A stretch of 64,000 nt of DNA from Bacteroidales bacterium (GTDB lineage Bacteria; Bacteroidota; Bacteroidia; Bacteroidales; UBA932), in contig JAKSKD010000005.1 of NCBI GenBank assembly GCA_024401925.1, positions 3,709 to 67,708 on the forward strand, read 5' to 3'. The notes beneath the pieces were generated by a model. It saw only the letters and a list, made by a program, of their open reading frames with translations, was not told where the DNA came from and made no database searches. Of this stretch, positions 18,214-25,287 are shown piece by piece; position 1 is the first letter of the stretch; each line of letters begins with the position of its first letter. Made by a program: the position numbers and the translations under genes.

Positions 18214-18878
18214 AGACACCAGTCAATAGGTTCAAGACCTTCGGATACCAGTATGGCGTTGGTCTTCGAGAAATGACGGCAACCGAAAAATGCACCACGG
18301 GCGAGAGGCGACGGATGAGCGGCCTCGAGTACGTGGTGCTTTTGTATATCCACCAGTGCTGCCTTGCTTCTGGCGAAGTTGCCCCATAGCAGGAACACTA
18401 CGCCTTCCTTCCTGTCGGAGATGGTCTGTATGACAGCATCCGTAAATTGTTGCCAGCCTAAGGCGCTGTGGGATGCAGCCTCGCCGGACCTGACTGTCAG
18501 AACGGCATTCAGAAGGAGTACACCTTGCTTCGCCCAGGCTTCAAGGTTCGTTCTGCCGGACATCTTAATTCCGAGGTCGTTCTCTATTTCGGTGTAGATG
18601 TTCTTAAGCGACGGAGGGGCTGGAACCCCATCAGGGACTGAGAATGAGAGCCCCATGGCCTGCCCATATCCGTGGTACGGGTCCTGGCCGAGTATTACTG
18701 CTTTGACCTTGTCGAATGGACAGAGTTCAAAAGCCTTGAATATCTGGCCGCCGGGAGGAAATATCACATTTCCGGCAGCTTTTTCTTCGTGCAGTTTACG
18801 GACCAGCCCGGCAAAATAGGGCTTGTCGAATTCTTCTTGTAGTACAGCTTTCCAGCTTTCTTCAATTTTGACCTCCAT
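18210..18878 (-). CDS. ung: Uracil-DNA glycosylase (family 1)
   Basis: GQDPYH, PPSLKNI, LLLN, HPSPL. Confidence 0.98.
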   Translation of the reverse strand: MEVKIEESWKAVLQEEFDKPYFAGLVRKLHEEKAAGNVIFPPGGQIFKAFELCPFDKVKAVILGQDPYHGYGQAMGLSFSVPDGVPAPPSLKNIYTEIENDLGIKMSGRTNLEAWAKQGVLLLNAVLTVRSGEAASHSALGWQQFTDAVIQTISDRKEGVVFLLWGNFARSKAALVDIQKHHVLEAAHPSPLARGAFFGCRHFSKTNAILVSEGLEPIDWCL

Positions 18879-18885
18879 ATGTCGT

Positions 18886-18912
18886 CAAAGATACAAATTT
18901 TGTCTAAATTTG
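18886..18912. promoter_or_regulatory. Back-to-back sigma-A -7 boxes for ung and coaD
   Basis: Minus TATCTTTG (18893-18886) and plus TAAATTTG (18905-18912), 11 bp apart in a 40-bp intergenic region. Confidence 0.75.
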
Positions 18913-18918
18913 CAGGAT

Positions 18919-19386
18919 ATGATTAAGAAGGCATTATTTCCTGGATCATTCGATCCGTTCACTGCCGGGCATCTGAATATCCTGAACAGAGCTCTGACAA
19001 TGTTCGATGAGGTTATCATCGCTGTTGGTGTGAATCAGGATAAACGGGGGTTCTTTACGATGGACCAGAGGATGGACATTATCCGGCAGGCGACGAAGGG
19101 GATGGACAACGTTTCCGTTATCAAATATGACGGCTTGACAGTCGATGTGTGCAGGGATGCCGGCGTGAAGCATATTGTCAGAGGTGTCCGGAATATGCTT
19201 GATTTTGAGACTGAACGTTCTGTGGCTGATGCCAACCGCCGCCTGGCACCTGAAATCGAAACAATTATTATCCCTACTGCGCAGGAGTTCGCGCACATTT
19301 CGTCATCCGCTGTCAGGGATATCCTGAAGCACAATGGAGACACTAGTCTGTTCCTGTCGGAAGGTGTGATTCTTCCAAAAGTATGA
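18919..19386 (+). CDS. coaD: Pantetheine-phosphate adenylyltransferase
   Basis: FPGSFDPFTAGH, RGVR...DFETE, ISSSAVR. Start at ATG 18919. Confidence 0.97.
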   Translation: MIKKALFPGSFDPFTAGHLNILNRALTMFDEVIIAVGVNQDKRGFFTMDQRMDIIRQATKGMDNVSVIKYDGLTVDVCRDAGVKHIVRGVRNMLDFETERSVADANRRLAPEIETIIIPTAQEFAHISSSAVRDILKHNGDTSLFLSEGVILPKV

Positions 19387-20180
19387 AAAAGTTTTTGTTG
19401 GCAATAGCCTGTCTTCTGACAGCGTTGCTGCCGGCTGAAGGACAGCAACTTGATTCTGCAAAGGTCCGTGCAGTGGATTCTTTGCTGACAAGATATCTTG
19501 CTGCCATAGAAACGGAGTCTTATAGAACGAAGACGGAAGAATGTGATTTTATGATTTCAGCCTGTACGGACTCCCTTATCAGACAGTATGCTGCCGTGAG
19601 ACTTTACGAGCATTTTTTTTCGTCAGACCTTATGGGGGATGATGCCGTTGCAATCCATCTATTCGATGAATGGTTCGCTACTAAGAAGGTCAGGATGTAC
19701 AGTGAGATAGATGAACTGAATGCCGGCATTTTCGCGGAATTCAACAGACAGACCCTGATAGGGTGTCTTGCTCCGGTTATGGAGATGACGGAACGCCATG
19801 GAGAGAAAATCAGAATTCCTGGGGAAGGGACTTATTCTGTCCTGTTCTTTTACGATACTGATTGCAAGACTTGTCAGGCAGAGTCTGAATTGTTGAATGC
19901 CTTTTTGGAAAAAGGTCTTTTTAAGTTGGATTTCTATGCGGTATATATCAGCGACGACAGGGAGTCCTGGGACGAATTCATTGATGAAAAATGGACGATG
20001 GACTGCCCTGAGGTGCGTGTGACTCATATTTGGGATCCACAGCAAGAGACGGATTTTCTCCGCGCATACGGACTTATCCAGACCCCAAGGCTTTTCCTTG
20101 TCGCTCCGGACGGAAGGATAGTGGGACGCGGACTGAATACGGAAGCTCTGGCGCAACTTTTAATGGCTTATCTGAACTGA
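19383..20180 (+). CDS. Exported thioredoxin-fold protein with helical N-domain
   Basis: Signal peptide; VLFFYDTDCKTC (CxxC); TPRLFLV cis-Pro motif. Confidence 0.75.
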   Translation: MKKFLLAIACLLTALLPAEGQQLDSAKVRAVDSLLTRYLAAIETESYRTKTEECDFMISACTDSLIRQYAAVRLYEHFFSSDLMGDDAVAIHLFDEWFATKKVRMYSEIDELNAGIFAEFNRQTLIGCLAPVMEMTERHGEKIRIPGEGTYSVLFFYDTDCKTCQAESELLNAFLEKGLFKLDFYAVYISDDRESWDEFIDEKWTMDCPEVRVTHIWDPQQETDFLRAYGLIQTPRLFLVAPDGRIVGRGLNTEALAQLLMAYLN

Positions 20181-20181
20181 A

Positions 20182-20412
20182 GTGAAAAGGAAGAAAAACA
20201 TACCGAATGTAGATCCCGATTTTATGGAAAGGCACAAGGCCTCGCTTGTCCGGAAGAACAGGCAGGTGCTTTATTTCAATGAGAAGGAGATGTCGGCGAT
20301 AGATGAATATTGCCGGCGGTTCAAGATATCTTCCAAGTCGGCCCTGTACAGGCAGGCAATAATGGAACATATTCTTTCCGAATTGGACGAAAACCATCCT
20401 ACGTTATTTTGA
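20182..20412 (+). CDS. Small basic hypothetical protein, possible ribbon-helix-helix fold
   Basis: 76 aa, GTG start, fills the gap in the coaD-alr operon with 1-nt and 4-nt spacers. Strand-helix-helix pattern RQVLYFNEKEMSAIDEYC...SKSALYRQAIM. Confidence 0.65.
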   Translation: MKRKKNIPNVDPDFMERHKASLVRKNRQVLYFNEKEMSAIDEYCRRFKISSKSALYRQAIMEHILSELDENHPTLF

Positions 20413-20416
20413 TGAG

Positions 20417-21550
20417 ATGAATAGAAGAGATGACTTTTCAAGGCTGGAACTCAGCTTTCCCAATTGTTTAAACAATTACCGCTTTTTCAGGTCGCGGCTG
20501 AAACCGTCCACAAAGCTTCTTATTCTGGTCAAGGCAAATGCTTACGGCCACGGTGCGGTTGAATTTGCGTCAATGATGCAGCAGGCAGGCGCTGATTATC
20601 TTGCAGTTGCTCTCCCTGTCGAAGGGGTGGAACTCCGCCAGGCCGGTATCAGTCTCCCTATATTGGTCCTTACTTCCGGAACTGATTTCTTCGAGGAAAT
20701 CCTAAGCTATCATCTTGAGCCCGGAATCCCGAACCTTTTCACACTGCAAGCCTTTGTCCGTGTACTTCAGGACCGTGGTATTCACGACTATCCGATACAT
20801 CTGAAACTTGATACAGGGATGCACAGACTGGGGTTTATGTCGGATGAGCTGGAAGAATTGTCCGAATACTTGCAGGACTGTCCTTACGTAAAGGTCAAAT
20901 CCGTTTATTCACATCTGTCCGTTGCGGATGAGCCGGAGCCGGGAAATGATGAATATTCACTCGGACAGATAAAACTTTTCATTGAGAATGCCGGAAAGAT
21001 TGGCGATGCTATCGGATACAAACCTATGTGGCATATGCTCAACACTGCCGGTATTGAACGTTTTCCTGAATATCAGTTCGATATGGTCCGTCTCGGAATA
21101 GGCATATATGGAATCGATCCTGTAGAAGGCTCGTGTATGGGAAAGTCCTTGAAACCTGTTGCTTCTCTGAAGGCTAAGATCCTTCAAATCAAGACTCTGT
21201 CGCCATCCGACGGCACCATAGGCTATGGCGGGCACGGGAAGGTGCTGAAAGAAGGGATCAGGATAGCCACAATACCTGTGGGCTACGCGGACGGTATCGA
21301 CAGGCATCTCGGGCGCGGAAAGGCTTCGTTCAGCCTTAACGGCCACAGGGTTCCGACGATTGGAAATATCTGTATGGATATGTGTATGCTGGATGTTACC
21401 GGTATCCAGGCGGAGGTAGGCGACACCGTCACTATATTCGGCAAGGATCCGACAGTCTGCGAACTTGCCGGTATCCTTGACACCATACCGTATGAAATCC
21501 TTACTTCAGTCCCGCGAAGGATTGAAAGGATGATTATTCGCACGGAATAA
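20417..21550 (+). CDS. alr: Alanine racemase
   Basis: VKANAYGHG (PLP Lys), HLKLDTGMHRLG, IGYG, GYADG, CMDM, IPYE. Confidence 0.97.
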   Translation: MNRRDDFSRLELSFPNCLNNYRFFRSRLKPSTKLLILVKANAYGHGAVEFASMMQQAGADYLAVALPVEGVELRQAGISLPILVLTSGTDFFEEILSYHLEPGIPNLFTLQAFVRVLQDRGIHDYPIHLKLDTGMHRLGFMSDELEELSEYLQDCPYVKVKSVYSHLSVADEPEPGNDEYSLGQIKLFIENAGKIGDAIGYKPMWHMLNTAGIERFPEYQFDMVRLGIGIYGIDPVEGSCMGKSLKPVASLKAKILQIKTLSPSDGTIGYGGHGKVLKEGIRIATIPVGYADGIDRHLGRGKASFSLNGHRVPTIGNICMDMCMLDVTGIQAEVGDTVTIFGKDPTVCELAGILDTIPYEILTSVPRRIERMIIRTE

Positions 21551-22100
21551 ACATTCCGCTGCGTACTTCTTCTGCGACAGTTTCCCCTTTGATGAACTTG
21601 AGGAGTTCAAGGCCAAAATCAATGGCATAGCCCGGGCCTCTTCCTGTGATTATGTTGCCGCTTGTTACAGCCGGCTTTTTGACGAATTCCCCGCCTTTTG
21701 ACACAGGGACATTTTCAAAACCGTCATAGCAGGTGAATTTAACACCTTTCAGGCTGTCCAACTGACCGAGTACCAGCCCTGGCGCGGCGCAGATGGCTGC
21801 AATCGGGCCGCCTTCTTCATTATGCGCCTTCATTTCCTCAACAAGAGGTGTGCAGGCGGCAAGATTTTTCGCACCCTTGAGCCCGCCCGGAAATACCATT
21901 ATGTCATCCTTATCGATGTCTATTCCCATTTCGAGGGTGGTATCCACTCCGAAAGTGACTCCGTGGGATGAAAGTACCAAAGGGTCTTCGGTGATGGAAA
22001 CAAGTTCAACATCGACACCTCCGCGTCTTAGGACATCAACCGTGCCCAGAGCTTCCACATCCTCGAAGCCCTCGGCTAAAAATATGTATGCTTTTTTCAT
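21534..22100 (-). CDS. DJ-1/PfpI (YajL/ThiJ) family protein
   Basis: LAEGFEDVE, PGG, nucleophile elbow AAICAAP, ITGRGPG. Start at ATG 22100 (MKKAYIF). Confidence 0.92.
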   Translation of the reverse strand: MKKAYIFLAEGFEDVEALGTVDVLRRGGVDVELVSITEDPLVLSSHGVTFGVDTTLEMGIDIDKDDIMVFPGGLKGAKNLAACTPLVEEMKAHNEEGGPIAAICAAPGLVLGQLDSLKGVKFTCYDGFENVPVSKGGEFVKKPAVTSGNIITGRGPGYAIDFGLELLKFIKGETVAEEVRSGMFIPCE

Positions 22101-22140
22101 AACAGACCAATATAGCCATTTTTTGTGTAATTTTGTACCT

Positions 22141-23286
22141 ATGGAAGAAGAGAAAAAACTATATCCGTTCAAATTCGTCCACATCGATGAGACTCTCGGT
22201 GAGACGGTTCATATTGCCGATCTCGGATATCAGGATTCACAGGTGAGGAACGGATGGCTGGCGGCAAACAGCATATCTGAAATTATGGATATGTATGTGG
22301 ACAGGGTAGTGGGAGAGCACGTTTTTGAGTATTACGGACGTCAGTTCCCTATTATGGTCAAGACCATTACGGGGGAGACACGTACTCCGCTGGCCGTCCA
22401 TCCGGATGACGAGACCGCGCAGCAGCGCTTTGATTTCCTCGGCAAGGCAAAATTGTGGTATGTGAAGGACTCGCGGGAGGATTCTGTGATATATCTCGGA
22501 TTCAAGCGTGATGTGGAGGCGGAGGAATTCTATATGGCCTGCCGTCACGGAGATGTCGAGTCATTGCTCAATCCGGTGAAGCCGAAGGTCGGTGACTGTT
22601 TTTTTATCTATCCAGGACTCGTGCACGCGGCCTGCGAAGGTGTTTCCATCATAGAGATTGCGGAATCGTCTCCTCTTGATTTCAAGCTTTTCAACTGGGG
22701 CAGGGAGATTGCCGGAGACGAATTCGATGCCTCTCTCAATCTGGAAGAGGCTTTTGACTTCATCGACTATAAGAAATATTGCCGCTGCGGACATCATCAT
22801 TGTGATGAAGAAGGCCACGAATGCCACTGCCATGACGGACATACGGAGGATCACGGATGCCATTGCCATGAGCATGATGCTGAAGAAAAACCTGCAAGGC
22901 GTTTGACTGATTGCGATGAGTTCTCTGTGTCGGAGATACGTCTCGGCGACCCTATGCATATCTACAGCGAACAGCTTGACAGTTTTGCTGTCTATACTTG
23001 CGTTTCAGGCTCCGCTTCTCTTCAGGTGCGTGACTCTGAAGGTCAGGCAAGTTATGATATTCCGGAAGGAGAGACCGTTCTTGTCCCTGCGGAAATACCG
23101 GATTTCTTCCTTGTCCCTACAGGGAAGGATACTGTTCTGCTTGAAACGGTCGTAGAAAAAAGGCAGGAAACGGACCCGTATATAGATCCGTCCGCTGATG
23201 ACGGATGCTGCTGCGGAGAAGATGATTGTGACGATGATTGCGAAGACGGTTGCGGATGCGGACATAACCACGAACACTTTTCATAA
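22141..23286 (+). CDS. Type I phosphomannose isomerase-like cupin protein with degenerate active site and His/Cys-rich segments
   Basis: LYPFKF, FPIMVK, VHPDD, LWYV, PGLVHA, EIAESS match the ManA architecture, but Zn-ligand positions are substituted. ATG 22141 is 5 nt after TAATTTTG. Confidence 0.8.
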   Translation: MEEEKKLYPFKFVHIDETLGETVHIADLGYQDSQVRNGWLAANSISEIMDMYVDRVVGEHVFEYYGRQFPIMVKTITGETRTPLAVHPDDETAQQRFDFLGKAKLWYVKDSREDSVIYLGFKRDVEAEEFYMACRHGDVESLLNPVKPKVGDCFFIYPGLVHAACEGVSIIEIAESSPLDFKLFNWGREIAGDEFDASLNLEEAFDFIDYKKYCRCGHHHCDEEGHECHCHDGHTEDHGCHCHEHDAEEKPARRLTDCDEFSVSEIRLGDPMHIYSEQLDSFAVYTCVSGSASLQVRDSEGQASYDIPEGETVLVPAEIPDFFLVPTGKDTVLLETVVEKRQETDPYIDPSADDGCCCGEDDCDDDCEDGCGCGHNHEHFS

Positions 23287-23669
23287 TGGATACAGTCAGA
23301 ATCGATAAATACGTCTGGGCCATACGCTGTTTCAAGACCCGGAGCGAAGCTACGGAGGCCTGCAAGGGCAATAAGGTCCAGATTAACGGGGCTCCGGTGA
23401 AGCCTTCCAAGGAAGTGCGCATCGGGGATATCATAGCCGTTCGTAAAGGCATTATTCAGTACACATATAAGGTGCTTCAGTTGACTGAGAACCGTATGGG
23501 GGCGCAGCTTGTCCCGGATTTTGCCGAGAATCTGACACCCCAGTCCGAACTGGACAAGGCCCATGCTCCGCGTGAGACTTTCTTTGTGAAGAGGGATCGC
23601 GGGACCGGAAGACCTACAAAAAAAGAGCGCCGGGAACTCGACGCTCTATGGTCTGAATTTGAAGACTGA
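23286..23669 (+). CDS. hslR: Ribosome-associated heat shock protein Hsp15 (S4 domain)
   Basis: RIDKYVWAIRCFKTRSEA, KPSKEV, GRPTKKERR. TAATG overlap with the upstream gene. Confidence 0.92.
   Translation: MDTVRIDKYVWAIRCFKTRSEATEACKGNKVQINGAPVKPSKEVRIGDIIAVRKGIIQYTYKVLQLTENRMGAQLVPDFAENLTPQSELDKAHAPRETFFVKRDRGTGRPTKKERRELDALWSEFED
23618..23647 (-). terminator. Terminator for the GH51 gene, embedded antisense in hslR
   Basis: Minus strand AGAGCGTCG-AGTTCC-CGGCGCTCT-T6, starting 26 nt past the GH51 stop. Confidence 0.65.
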
Positions 23670-23673
23670 TGGA

Positions 23674-25233
23674 TTACTTGATGCTTACTGCAACTATTGA
23701 CATTGCAGGAAGTGTGAAGGTGATACCGTCTTTTGAGGTCTTGATTTTCTTGAATTCCTTTGGAGCTACTTTGGCAGGTTTGCCGAACTCATTATAATCT
23801 GTCACTTTGTCTGCGGTGAGGATTCTTGCCTCTACATTTGCATTTTTAGGATCGATTCCGAGATTTGTCCAAGTCAAAGTGATTTCGTTGCTGTTCTTGA
23901 GGTCTGTATTGGTGAAGTCCACATTTACAACACCATCCTTGCGTGAAGCTGTAACACTGAGGCAAGGAACCGACTCTCCGACTCCCACTGCATTTGCATC
24001 CGTGTTGTATGATACAGGAAGGAATTCTGCATCCTGATGTACCTTATACATTTCGAATACGTGATATGTAGGAGTGAGGATCATCTGGTCGCCCTTTGTA
24101 AGTACCATTGCCTGAAGTACATTGACAACCTGTGCGATGTTGGCCATCTTGACGCGTCGTGTGTACTTGTGGAAGATGTCGAGGGAAAGGGAAGCTACGA
24201 TAGCGTCACGCATTGTAGACTGCTGGAAGAGGTGTCCCGGATTTGTGCCCGGTTCGACATCCCACCAGGTGCCCCATTCGTCAACGAGAAGGTCAACATT
24301 CCCTTCCGGATTGTATCTGTCGAGGATGGCGATATGGGCCTTGATAGGGGTCTCGATGTCGAGAGCCTTTGCGAGAGTCAAGTAGTAGTCCTCTTCTCCG
24401 AAGACTGTTGCTGAACCTTTGCTCTTGTTCCAGTCACGTACTGAGTAATAGTGGAGTGACATTCCGTCCATATTGCTGCCGATACCCTTGATGAGAGTTT
24501 CTGACCAGTTGTAGTCATAATCTGAAGGACCGCTGGCAATCTTATAGAGACGGTTCTCTCCATAATTGCGGCAATAGCCCGCGAACTGCCTGTACACGTC
24601 AACATAGTGTTCAGGACGCATCTGCCCGCCGCATCCCCAGCATTCATTTCCGATTCCAAGGTATTTGACTTTCCAAGGCTCTTCGCGTCCGTTCTTGCGG
24701 CGGAGGTCAGCCATTGTGCTGTGGGCGTCAGAAGTCATATACTCAACCCATTTTGAAAGTTCCTCCACGGTGCCGCTTCCTACGTTGCCGCTGATGTATG
24801 GCTCGCATCCGAGTTTCTCACAGAGGTTGAGGAATTCGTGTGTGCCGAAGCTGTTGTCCTCAAGGGTTCCGCCCCAGTTGTTGTTTGAAATGTACGGCCG
24901 CTCAGACTGCGGACCGATTCCGTCTCTCCAGTGATAGTCATCTGCGAAACAACCGCCAGGCCAGCGCATTACGGGTACTTGGAGGTTCTTGAGGGCATTC
25001 AATACATCGAGACGGTATCCGTCTTCATTAGGAATTTCAGAATCCTTTCCTACCCAGAGACCTCCATAGATACAACTTCCGAGGTGCTCGGAGAACTGTC
25101 CGTAGATTTCCTTAGGGATAATAGTCCCGTTTGCCTGTGCTCCGTTGATTGTCACAGTGGATTTGTGCTGTGCACTCAGGGTTACTGTTCCGAGCAGTGC
25201 TGCGGTCAGTGCGAAAATTTTAGTTAATTTCAT
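23674..25233 (-). CDS. GH51 alpha-L-arabinofuranosidase, secreted
   Basis: Signal peptide; IYGQFSEHLG, RWPGGCFAD, acid/base GNE, nucleophile DEWG, MANIAQ. Confidence 0.93.
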   Translation of the reverse strand: MKLTKIFALTAALLGTVTLSAQHKSTVTINGAQANGTIIPKEIYGQFSEHLGSCIYGGLWVGKDSEIPNEDGYRLDVLNALKNLQVPVMRWPGGCFADDYHWRDGIGPQSERPYISNNNWGGTLEDNSFGTHEFLNLCEKLGCEPYISGNVGSGTVEELSKWVEYMTSDAHSTMADLRRKNGREEPWKVKYLGIGNECWGCGGQMRPEHYVDVYRQFAGYCRNYGENRLYKIASGPSDYDYNWSETLIKGIGSNMDGMSLHYYSVRDWNKSKGSATVFGEEDYYLTLAKALDIETPIKAHIAILDRYNPEGNVDLLVDEWGTWWDVEPGTNPGHLFQQSTMRDAIVASLSLDIFHKYTRRVKMANIAQVVNVLQAMVLTKGDQMILTPTYHVFEMYKVHQDAEFLPVSYNTDANAVGVGESVPCLSVTASRKDGVVNVDFTNTDLKNSNEITLTWTNLGIDPKNANVEARILTADKVTDYNEFGKPAKVAPKEFKKIKTSKDGITFTLPAMSIVAVSIK

Positions 25234-25287
25234 GGTATTGAATTATTAGTTTATTGCTATTTTTACAAAGATACGCTTTTTTTGATT

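Noticed and set aside
21793-22140. N-terminal extension of the 497-aa ORF
   Set aside because: Antisense to DJ-1; homology and the promoter box support ATG 22141.
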